Shown here piece by piece: positions 1-10,580 of a stretch of DNA of 64,000 nucleotides. The translations under genes were made by a program, and so were the position numbers. The notes under the pieces were generated by a model. That model had not been told where the DNA came from. It was given only the letters and a program-made list of their open reading frames with translations, and searched no databases. Origin of the DNA: Chrysomallon squamiferum. Taxonomy: Eukaryota; Animalia; Mollusca. Every line of letters begins with the position of its first letter. Position 1 is the stretch's first letter. The DNA lies in assembly GCA_012295275.1 (NCBI GenBank), contig CM022671.1, positions 7,626,001-7,690,000 on the forward strand, given 5' to 3'.

Positions 1-184
1 TATGAAGCAGATATGAAACATTACTAAGCATTGATTTTAACCTGCTTATCAACATGAGAGGAAGAAAGGAGTTTTAGCATTTGAATAATTAAATAAATTT
101 GTAAAATAATTCATTTGGGAACTTTTTAACCATTAAGTAAGCTTTGGTCTGTTTGCTCTAAAACACAGTCAAATTCATGATTAC

Positions 185-318
185 CTCAAAAGTTGAAGGC
201 ACACATGTGTAAGTGGGATCTTCAAGTTCAGACGAGCCACCAATGAAAAATCTCCGTAAGCGATCTATAACCGAGTTTCCTATTGGTCGCCAACAGTTGA
301 TTGTGTGCGTTGTTACAC
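185..318 (-). CDS. MKS1: MKS1 exon 16
   Basis: GVTTHTINCWRPIGNSVIDRLRRFFIGGSSELEDPTYTCVPSTFE; 134 bp; AAG acceptor. Confidence 0.94.
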
Positions 319-3300
319 CTTGAAACAAAACAATATAAGATTATTGTTTTTATTTAATTTCAACATTCCAAACGTCAAATGATGAACATATACCAAAATC
401 AATAATAAATGTTTTGTATGGCTATGAAGTTGAATATAAAAAAATGTCTTTATGTGAATGAAAAAATCTGGCTAGCTTCTTCTAAAATTGTAAAATAATG
501 TCAGAATTTGCAAAATATGTAGCAGCCAGTGAATGACTTTATTCTAAAATCTTACCTGGTTTTGCAGGAATCTGCATGTACGTGTAACCTTCTGTGCAAA
601 ACCTGTTCCAAGTGTCAAGTGAAAGAACCTCTATCATGATAACAGGAAAGTGTGGCATATCCTCTGTTAAACAAATATCAAACACTTTAATAGCATTTAC
701 AGAAAGCTCAATGTAAACTTATCATATGCTGTACTTGTTATGGTGTTAACAAAGACCCAAAATACATTTCTGTATACTTCTTTGTTTTTCAGAAGATGAG
801 TGACACTGCAAAGTATCATAAAAAAAGGTGAAAGTTGAATCTACCAGATCTCTCCTCAGACTTGTTATTTTATTATTAAATGCAGCTGTTAATAAAGACA
901 GATATGCAGAACAAATAAAACTCAGAAATTCACAAAAAGTTTTTTTTATAAAATTTGTTAATACATCATATATGATGGTTCTCCAGCAAAACTGCATCAT
1001 TTACAAGAGCAGCCACTGCCACTGACATCTTAAGATATGGGAACTCTGGATGTAGGTGCCCTTGCAATCTATGTGTGGTCTGACTGTTAATACACAAAAT
1101 TGTTGTTGTATATGTATGGGTCCCGTGGGTTGCTTTGCCTATGATACTGTTAAGATGGTCATTTTTTGCTGCCTAAGAAAAACTGTTGCTGTGCTGGTTT
1201 TTATTAAAGTTTCAGCATAGCTTATGCTTTGATCTTGGAGTCGAAATTATTTTCTGGCAATTTTGTGAAATGACACTTTCATTTATGTCTGGGATACTTT
1301 ATATATGACAGTTTCTATTTGAGTATGTTTTTGTTTATGTATAAAATGATACATGTAAGCTATCATCAGATATTTTACCCTGATATTATAAATGAAAAAA
1401 AATGTACACTTCAGTTACAGTAGTTGAAACTAAATGAAGTTGTAGATATAGTTTATTAATTACCTTTGTTTTCCTCTCTCACTGAATCATTTCTGTAATA
1501 AAATTCTACATTAAAAGGAAAGCTAAAATGAGCGATGTCCTCCTGAAACAAATGAAAAATGGTTTCAGATTATTAGTTAATATATTATTTATTATCACCA
1601 GGAAAGAAAAACTTTATTTTTAATAATATAATATAAAATAAATATAGATAATTATATTTTATTCCTTAGATTCTATAATAGAATTACTAAGTTAATTATA
1701 TCTTTCTGAAAATGGTTACGTAAAGTAACAGGTAAGGCAAAAAAAAAAAAAAAAACAAACAAACTTTTTTTGATTTAATAAATATAAATTTACATGTAAT
1801 TAGAAAAATAAAATATAATTATAAAACATGTGACAATATTATTTTAATTACAAATAGGACGTTAATATTTTAAATACTTATATGTGTATATGTACTATTT
1901 TATAATTATCATAATTGTTATAACATGAATGGAAAAATAAAACAACTGTCACACAAAAATAATAATTTAAAAAAAAAGTGTTTCTGCTTACATTGTTTTC
2001 TGCTTTTGTGTAGCAGGTCTGGGTAATCCAAGCCATCTGCTGATGTCCTGGAACATACCAGTCTGAGAGGAAAGAGAAAACAAAACCATAAACAAAATGT
2101 TAATAATATGTGTGTGATCATAAATTGTACAAAAACAAAAGCAAATCAAATCATGTCAGAAGATTTTGTACTGTTTAGTAAATGAATTAGTGAATTTTTT
2201 AATTTTTTTAATTTGAGTATTTAATTTAATTTAATTTGAATATTTAATTTAATTTAATTTAAAATAATTAATTTTAATTTTAATTTTAATTTTAATTAAT
2301 TTAATTTATTATAACAACAACATCTTTAAATAAAAAGAAGGAAATATTAATAAAAGGTATTACTCACTTTTTGGCAAATCAATGAAAAAATGGAGATATA
2401 AACTTTCACTTTCAAAACCTTTGGTAGATTCTGAAATAAATTAAATGGACAACCAAAATAATAATAATAAAAAAAATTATTATTATAACTATTATTAGTA
2501 TGTTTTGTTTATTTATTTATTTTTAAATTTTATTTTTATTTTTTTTATTTTAACGTTTATTATTATTATTTTGAGTATCAATAACAAAACTTCACAAATA
2601 AAGTATGTAATAAATAATATTAATCAAACAATTAACATTTTTATGAAAATAAAAAATTGATTTAAAGGTCACATTACCTATTTCTCCATAAACTACTAGT
2701 CTTAGTATATTAGGCAGTGGCTGCAATGAAACACAGTATGAAATAAACAGTCTGCAAGACATGTTTAAGAAAAAAATTATACACAGTCCAGTTGGATTCA
2801 GTTTTAAAATGGACCTGTTTAATTTAACTGGGATAGAAAATATATTGGGCAATACCTGACATAATAAAAAAAAAAAAAAAAAAAATATAATATCAGTTAT
2901 GTTATATGTTTGTAACAGGACCTAGGATTCAACTTAAAACTTACTTATATCTTAGTAATCTATGAGTAAAGCACACAAAACATGCTGCATGTAGGTCAAA
3001 TGATGATAACATATTAAATTCTCACCATTTCAAAATCATGACCAACGCAAGCTTGAAGAAATTCACTGTGTCTGTTGTACACCTAGTTAAAAGTAAAAAA
3101 AAAAAAAAAAAATTATTATTTTTTTTTTTATCAAAGTAGCTGAAAAGAAATATTTAAGAAAATATACAATCTTTTAGTCAAATCAAAGATATCCACTAGT
3201 GATCAATTAGAATTAAAAACCATGTAATTCTGGAGTGAAATTTACAGTAGATTTTTAATTCTTCCCCCCCCCCATAACTGTATTTAAATATTTGTCACTA

Positions 3301-6300
3301 CTTTTTTAACAATCCAAAGATGAAATTAATTATGTTAACAATCAAGCTGTTTTGTAAAATGCTGTCAGATAATATTGCTTCATGGCATTTTTCTTAGACT
3401 TTAACTCTAAGTAATAATGCTATTTAAATAATACTGATATTTTATTTAAATCCTTTAATAAGATACATTTTTGGAAAACCCATACCTCTCTGTACATTTT
3501 AACTTCTTTGTCTCTCTCAAGGCTGAAGTAGCAAAAACACAAAATGTTGAAATTATACACACGTGTATAAATATATATAAAGCATATATATAAAACATAC
3601 ATACTCACATATACATATATATATATATATATGCATTCATACATATACATATATACATACAAAAGTACATACATACATACATACATACAGACATAAATAC
3701 ATACATACTCACATACAAAATGTATACACACATACACATACATACATACAGACATACAGACATAAATACAGACATACATACACACATACATACATATATA
3801 CACACACATATGTTGATGTTTTGTTTTAAACAAACAGTCTAAATTTATTATGCATATATTTAAGTAACTGTTTTACTTATTAGCAGCTATCAAACATTTC
3901 TAATAATAAAGAATGATAATAATAAAACAATATTCAAGTATCCTGACAGAGTTCCAGTTTCACTGTCTACTTTATTATTAGCAAAGTTGTGGTTTGGTTA
4001 ACCAAAAAATATTATTTACAAAGACTATAAAATGGATTACTGTTACTTGTTTATACTATCCAAAATATATTTTATCTTATATAGATGTAAGACTTTAAAC
4101 TGTTGTTTTTGTCTGCTGTATAATGTTGTAAATTAATTCAATATAATAGTATGATTATACTTAAGAAACTTAAGAGTAAAGAAAAAGATGTGTTGCTACT
4201 AAAATTAGATAAACTGAGATTTATTCCTGGATAATTGTGCTACATTCTCTGCTCATATAATTAAACATAAATAAATAAATAAATAAATGAATAAATAAAT
4301 AAATAAATTAGTTTTTTTTTTTTAATTTTAAATAATGGATATGTAATAATAATAATAAAATAGTAAGTAAATAATATTAGCATCTACAAGCAACATGACA
4401 AAACTTATAGAAAATTAAAATAAACATGTTTTATTACCTGTTTTGATTCTTTGATACATGGTTAATGGTATATTCAAATACCTCTGCAAAAACAGAATTA
4501 AATATATTAGCAACATTATTAAAAAAAGACAATGAGAAATTTTAAATCGTCATATTTCAAAATGATTAACAACAGAATTTAAATTCAAATGTATAATAAG
4601 CATATTAATTGTGTGTGTGTGTGTTTTTTTTGCATAGAAGATTAAGGATTTATAAACAATAACCTAAACACAGTTTGAAAGATGTTGCTAAATATGAAAA
4701 ATGTCTGCCTGTTGCATAAAAAGTTTTGTCTGCATATAATAATATATCATGCCAAAGATTGATGAGATATGAAGTTCCTGGTCAGTTAAATGTTTTTATT
4801 TTATAAATTAACCTATTTAGTCTGACTTGTGTCTTACCACCACCACAGTCGTTGCTGTTTGATGTTGTTTCTGCGATGTAGGCTTTGCGTCCGAAGTTGA
4901 AGTCAGGGTTGACTGAGAGGACACCTGATGCATGAAGCACCAACTCACACAAAACATGCTCATCACAGTCCCTGGGTGGACTGAAAAACACGATTTAAAA
5001 ATCAGTGCTACACAAACCTAGACAGTTTAAAAATAACTCTGGCTGCCTTGTACATTTTACCTTTTTGAGCAAGTAATCTTCAAAAATAGTATTTTAAAAA
5101 CAATATTATTAATTTTGTACTGTTTATGTCAGGAACCGCTGCAAATAAATAAATATCCAGAGAAAACTAATGGTGTTTAACTATGTTTAATGTAGTGCCA
5201 ATTAACATAAAAAAACTGAATCTGTGGTAAAGATAGTTTATATCCAAGTATTGAGTTTTTACCTGCCCTTCGGACTGAGGTCAGCCATGATGTACATTAC
5301 TTGTAAAGGAGGAGGCACTAAGTGAGACTTCAGCAGAAATTCTTTAGAAGGAGCAGGATCAACAATATTCGTTTTAGGAATATTGCCGTATTCTCTGAAA
5401 CGATGAAAACAAAAACTGTTTTAACAAAAACACTTTTGAAAAAAACAAAAAAACTGCTAGGAAATGTAATAAAGAAAGGATATTTTTTTAAAATGCAGGA
5501 AAAAAAAAACAAAAAAAAAAAAAAAAAAAATAAAATAAAATAAAATAAAATAAAGGAAAACAAAACAAAACAAATAAATAAATAAATAACCTCACTGAAA
5601 TCAAATCTAGTATATGTTTATCTGTTAATGTAAAAGAATAATATAAAAGAAAAAAATATTTCTGTTTTTGTAATAACAACTACTGAAAAAGATTTTTTCT
5701 TTTTAAACATATGTAACATGTTACACATCATTAGGATTCTTGGTTTGTGAATCCAATACTCTACAAAAGAGCTAATAAATTTCTATTTATAAAAGCCAGT
5801 AATAATAAGTTTATATCTCATATATAATACAAGCTTGAGTTGTTAACGAAAAAACAAAAAATTGTTTACTTGTAAACATGAAATAAAAAAAAAGGAAAAA
5901 GAAGAAAAATGGAACTTTCAAATAACTAATGTCAGTGGAAGATCTTAATTCTTGGTCTACTAAATTTATATAAGCTTATAGGTTTCCATTTTTGTTTTAA
6001 AATCATATTATAATTACTAGTACCTTTCTTTTTTCTGTCGCACTCCAATTCTGCGCTGACGAATTTCAGACATTTTAAGAGAGACTACATTTGGAACCTC
6101 TTTAGGGGACGTTGTCATGGAAAACTAAATAATAAAAAATATTATAAATATGTTTCAATTTTCTTTTTCTTTTTTTCTTTTTTTCTTTTTAATAATTCAT
6201 TAACATAAAGCTCTTGGTCAAAATATTTTTATACTTAAATAATTAAAAATAAATATATAAAAACCCAAAACCTCCACTAATTATGTAGAACCTATTGTTT

Positions 6301-8276
6301 GTTTGCAAACTGAATGACAAATATAAATTTGCTAAATTATTTATCTTCAGTTGACAAAAGATGTATGTATTTTAAATATCTTTTTAAAAATTTCTTTAAA
6401 GGAAATACAGTAAAAGATAAAAAAAAAAAAAAAAAATAAGAAGTAAACAAATTTAAAATAAAAACACCAAACCATAAATTGGGTTTCTAATAAAATGTCT
6501 AATACACAGCATAAGTATTTATTAATGCAAAATATATCTTTAATATGTTTTATACATAGGATGTAAAATAGAAAAGAAACTCACTTCATCTGTATGAGAG
6601 AAAGAATCGTGGTCTACATAAGTAAAAAGACGATTTGTTGGAGGGCCATTCTTTCTGTAATTTTAATCATTTAGAATCATGAATAATGATAATATAATCA
6701 ATTACAAACAATTTGTAATAGTTATTTATTTTATTTCTATTTTTTCTTTATTAATTTATTTAAAAAGATTAAAAAAAAAAAAAAATTGCTAGTTTTATCA
6801 TTCTAAACATTAGCTTATAAAATAACAAAAAAAAATGTTCATATTTTTATATATTTATTGTTAAAAGAGAAGAATTTCATTTATATAAAATTATGGTAAG
6901 TTTTACCATTTTATTAATTATATTGTCTGAAGTAACAGATTTTATGCATTAATAATAAAACTGTTATTAAAATAAAATCATAAACAACCTGTCACAAACA
7001 GTTATCTGTTATAAATTTAAGTTTATAATGAAATATGTTTAACCCATTTTTATTTTGTTAAAAGATAATAAAAAAATATTTTCAAAGTAAGACAGAAGAA
7101 ATCTTTGAGAAACTAAAACAATGCATTAAATACTTACAAAATATTAGTAATTTCTTCATGATACTTTCTTTGAATTACATCAAAATCTGGACTGTCATGC
7201 TTATACAATTCAATTTCCCTCTGAAAAATAATTGCAAATAAAAATATTATAATAACTACTTTTGTGGAAATTTTATTGACAATTAATATGAAACCTTTCA
7301 AAAAAAAAAAAATTGAAAAACCCCAGCAAAATCCAATTCTACACAGACAGCAGACTGCCCAGATTTTAATATCAAGTATTAAATATAAATCAGCTGAAAT
7401 TATGTATTAAAAAATTACCTATGATGCTAATACTTAATGATATTTAATAATAAAAATAATAAAATAATACTTAATGATAAACATTTCTCACCTGGCTAAA
7501 GACTTTCTGCTGCCAATGAACAACAAAGTCATCTGTGTCATAAATCTGTAAATGTGAATTGTGCATATCCCGTAACTCCACAGACCCATCACTTGAAAGC
7601 TCGGTTGGAGGAACTATTGTTGCCGAAGTTACACGTTTCAAGTGAACTCTGAAATCACAACAATACTGTCAACATAAATATGGCAAAAATAGCTTTATTC
7701 ATCACATTTATCAAATTCATATCGAAACAAAAAGAATATTTATGTCATATTCAGGATGTTTGGATTGGTAATGGCTCTGTTGCAGATTACTGATGGAGGT
7801 CCAAAGGCAAATCTGCCTTGAAATTTCTGGACTTTACAGTTACGGAAATGCCCGTTATCATTATTATTGATTTTTAAATATATACATATATATATATATA
7901 TATATTTTTTTTTACATATGACCTTATTAAGATCTCTAAGAAACAGACAACTTCACCAGTTTCTTTGTGGTAGATACCAAGATTAATCCCCCCCACCAAT
8001 ATATGAGTATATAATGTTGTAGTCTAGTGATGAAACATGGAAGCTATTGATATTAATGGGAAAAATATCAGATAATGATTTATTGAATTTATAATAAAGA
8101 TACAACAAAGGAAACTGATGTTATTAGAGGAAGCAATTTTCCAGTATTACTCATGTACTAAAAAAAACAGATATAAAACTACAAAAATTTATTTTACAAG
8201 GAGAATAAACAAATGTTTTAAAAGCATAAAAATTAAAACGTACTCTTATTCGTTAAATTAAATTAAATTAAATTAC

Positions 8277-8307
<31 letters not shown>

Positions 8308-8930
8308 CATTAACAATAATAATAAAATACTTATTTATTTATTTATTTATTTATTTCCTGACTGAAGAACTCTCTTTTTACTAATTACACCCCTGTAAAT
8401 GCTCGTATGAAGTTTTGCTATTCATATGAGCATGTGTGTCCTTATGATAAATGTTAAGATAATGAAAATAGCAACTGTTCCTCTTTAATTCATTATTTTG
8501 TTAATAAAATAATAAATATCTGATTAAGTTCATATTATTATTAATGATGATTACTTTAACAAATACACCAACATGTAATAATATTATGTATCTTATGTTA
8601 GTAAGTTGATGTAAATGACATTGATACAGGTGTACCCACTGAATAAATTAATAGTGTTAGAGTATGCCTAACACTAACAGCCGTTTGTCAGGGTTCATGC
8701 ACAAACATGAATATGAAGTTCCAAAATATTTATATTTTGCTTTATATTTATATATTTAAAAATTAATAGCTTAGTTATAAATATGATTAACTAATAAAGA
8801 AAACTCTATTTTAAAAATATGGTTTATGAAAAAAAACACCAAAAATCACATACTTGATTTTAAGGTTTTCAATTGGATCATTTGTTCTGTAATAAACAGT
8901 TCCGACATCAGGATCCCCAAGGTCCGCCAT
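185..8930 (-). CDS. MKS1: MKS1 (Meckel syndrome type 1, transition-zone B9/C2-domain protein); 16 coding exons, 3' end outside the window
   Basis: The spliced translation MADLGDPDVGTVYYRTNDPIENLKIKVHLKRVT...HWQQKVFSQ...NRLFTYVDHD...MYIMADL...EHVLCEL...GHDFEM...LRLVVYGEI...IAHFSFPF...EVLSLDTWNRFCTEGY...WRP...LRRFFIGGSSELED is collinear with recalled human MKS1 motifs (YRSRDPVRNLRLRV, WQEKLFSQ, RIFTYTD, MHIMADL, VAHFSYPF, LRRFFIGGSLELED). All introns are GT-AG with matching phases. Confidence 0.96.
556..663 (-). CDS. MKS1: MKS1 exon 15
   Basis: EDMPHFPVIMIEVLSLDTWNRFCTEGYTYMQIPAKP; 108 bp; B9 core motif. Confidence 0.94.
1020..1163. mobile_element. Degraded short TIR element (hAT-type MITE-like) in MKS1 intron 14
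   Basis: Imperfect terminal inverted repeats TGACATCTTAA / TTAAGATGGTCA around a GC-elevated core; no TSD visible. Confidence 0.4.
1464..1542 (-). CDS. MKS1: MKS1 exon 14
   Basis: EDIAHFSFPFNVEFYYRNDSVREENK. Confidence 0.92.
1992..2062 (-). CDS. MKS1: MKS1 exon 13
   Basis: NWYVPGHQQMAWITQTCYTKAENN; 71 bp. Confidence 0.92.
2368..2430 (-). CDS. MKS1: MKS1 exon 12
   Basis: ESTKGFESESLYLHFFIDLPK; donor GTGAGT. Confidence 0.92.
2678..2720 (-). CDS. MKS1: MKS1 exon 11 (start of B9 domain)
   Basis: PLPNILRLVVYGEI; 43 bp. Confidence 0.92.
3026..3082 (-). CDS. MKS1: MKS1 exon 10
   Basis: VYNRHSEFLQACVGHDFEM; 57 bp. Confidence 0.92.
3486..3522 (-). CDS. MKS1: MKS1 exon 9
   Basis: SLERDKEVKMYRE; 37 bp; restores phase 0. 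Confidence 0.87.
3590..3810. repeat. Compound (TACA)n/(TA)n/(CA)n microsatellite
   Basis: Direct inspection; it generates the spurious ORFs 3420..3833 and 3605..3805. Confidence 0.9.
4438..4483 (-). CDS. MKS1: MKS1 exon 8
   Basis: EVFEYTINHVSKNQN; 46 bp; phases fit both neighbours. Confidence 0.88.
4838..4980 (-). CDS. MKS1: MKS1 exon 7
   Basis: PPRDCDEHVLCELVLHASGVLSVNPDFNFGRKAYIAETTSNSNDCGG; lies within ORF 4782..4991; donor GTAAGA. Confidence 0.92.
5263..5394 (-). CDS. MKS1: MKS1 exon 6
   Basis: EYGNIPKTNIVDPAPSKEFLLKSHLVPPPLQVMYIMADLSPKG. Confidence 0.92.
6024..6124 (-). CDS. MKS1: MKS1 exon 5
   Basis: FSMTTSPKEVPNVVSLKMSEIRQRRIGVRQKKE; TAG acceptor, GT donor. Confidence 0.9.
6585..6654 (-). 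CDS. MKS1: MKS1 exon 4
   Basis: KNGPPTNRLFTYVDHDSFSHTDE; donor GTGAGT. Confidence 0.92.
7138..7220 (-). CDS. MKS1: MKS1 exon 3
   Basis: REIELYKHDSPDFDVIQRKYHEEITNI; donor GTAAGT. Confidence 0.9.
7492..7648 (-). CDS. MKS1: MKS1 exon 2
   Basis: VHLKRVTSATIVPPTELSSDGSVELRDMHNSHLQIYDTDDFVVHWQQKVFSQ; CAG acceptor, GTGAGA donor. Confidence 0.92.
8854..8930 (-). CDS. MKS1: MKS1 coding exon 1
   Basis: ATG at 8930; MADLGDPDVGTVYYRTNDPIENLKI(K); donor GTATGT; 77 bp. Confidence 0.93.
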
Positions 8931-9145
8931 TTCCAAACATTACAGTCCTGCAGTAAATAATAAAAGAAGATGGTTTTTCATTCATTTTTAAATTCAAAAT
9001 ATATTTTATTGAACACACTTAATACGCAGAGATTGTGGCAATGTTAACAATAATAAATTTATTGAATCTAGATTTTAATATTTAAGTGTGGTCCTGATAA
9101 ACGTGACGTCATGACCGCAAATGGCGGACCAAAGTCAATAGAAGT
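8931..9145. promoter_or_regulatory. Bidirectional promoter / 5'UTR region shared by MKS1 and NCoR
   Basis: Divergent ATGs at 8930(-) and 9146(+); perfect CRE palindrome TGACGTCA at 9104-9111; YY1-like AAATGGCGG motifs on both strands; local CpG enrichment. Confidence 0.75.
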
Positions 9146-9171
9146 ATGTCAGGACGACAACCCAATGAAAG
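9146..9171 (+). CDS. NCOR1: NCoR coding exon 1 (MSGRQPNE-R)
   Basis: ATG 9146, AAG|GTATTT donor; phase 2 joins exon 2 in frame. Confidence 0.72.
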
Positions 9172-9605
9172 GTATTTCAGTGACATTTACTTAAAAATGT
9201 ACACTGTTTCTTTAGAATTGTAGTGAATTGATATTACTTTATTTAATTATAGCTTAAATTAAATTATTAACAGTATTTTGGTTTATTTATGTCAACGGGA
9301 TGTTGAACAGTTACTGTCCCAGCAACTGAGCAAGTGCGTGTTGTTGACAAAGTATCCAAATTTTACGCCTTTTCCCTTTCTGACCTTTTGGTGGTTGTTT
9401 AATTTACAATTGTTAAATAAGTTAATTACTCAGATATTACTTTAAAACTGAAAAATAGATTTATAACAGCCAAATCGGACAAAACTATTCACATATTTTG
9501 AAAGTTTTATCACACATAACTTACGTCATTTTTCATTTATTACGAAATTATTTCAAAATAAAAATATAGTTATTTTGTATTTTTTTAAATTTTAACATGT
9601 TTTAC

Positions 9606-9651
<46 letters not shown>

Positions 9652-10513
9652 AACACATACATATACATATACACACACACACACATACACATTCGCACAC
9701 AATGAAAAGTGTTTACAACACGTAGTGACGTATGTGTATTACAATACTAATAATGCTGATGAAATTTTATTATGTGTATGTTCCTGGCACATAAGATAAG
9801 TTCAAAGTAAGGAAAACAGTTTTAAATGTACAGCTCCTTAAAGTTTCTGTTTTATTAATATAACTTGTATATTATATAGCAATTTGTTATTGTTTGTGCT
9901 ATCATGGCGTTTATCATTATTTCTCTTTGTTTTCTTAATTATTATTTTATCACACACACACACACACACACACACAATAATAATAATAATAATGCAAATT
10001 TTATCAGAAACCAAAAATATGTTAAATAAAATAAAATAAAATAAATAGAACAAATGAAATGAAAAAAAAATATTTAAAGTTAGCAATGTATTAAAGAATA
10101 AATATGTCTCATGGTTTTAAGATAAACAGTATTAGTTGAAACACACAGATTTTCATTTTTTTTAAATTCACAAGCTTCCTTCTGATAACATACACTGAAT
10201 ATTTATAAATGTAAAAGTTAGAAGATTTTTCAATTTAGAATGAAACATTTAATTCAGAAACAAAGCATTACTGGGTTGGCTAATCTAGGTCACATGCCAG
10301 AAGGTAAACTTGCCTTAAAAGTTTCTTCGAATTTAATTGTTTGTCATTTCAAAATAACATTTTGCACATTGAAAAAAAATTTCCTGTATTATTATTATCA
10401 TTAATAATAATAATAAAAGAAGAAAACTGATAATGTTAGTAAACAAAAAAAAAAAAAAAAAAATTTACATTTTCATTTTCAGTTTTTGAAAATTACATAC
10501 TATTGTATTTTTC

Positions 10514-10580
<67 letters not shown>

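Noticed and set aside
3420-3833. 137-aa CMYV-repeat ORF
   Set aside because: Translation of (TATG)n microsatellite; only the 37-bp MKS1 exon 9 inside it is real
7750-10330. Similar short segments AAGGCAAATCTGCCTTGAAATTTC (about 7804) and AAGGTAAACTTGCCTTAAAAGTTTC (about 10301)
   Set aside because: Only about 25 bp with several mismatches; possibly remnants of a dispersed repeat, but not supportable without a genome search
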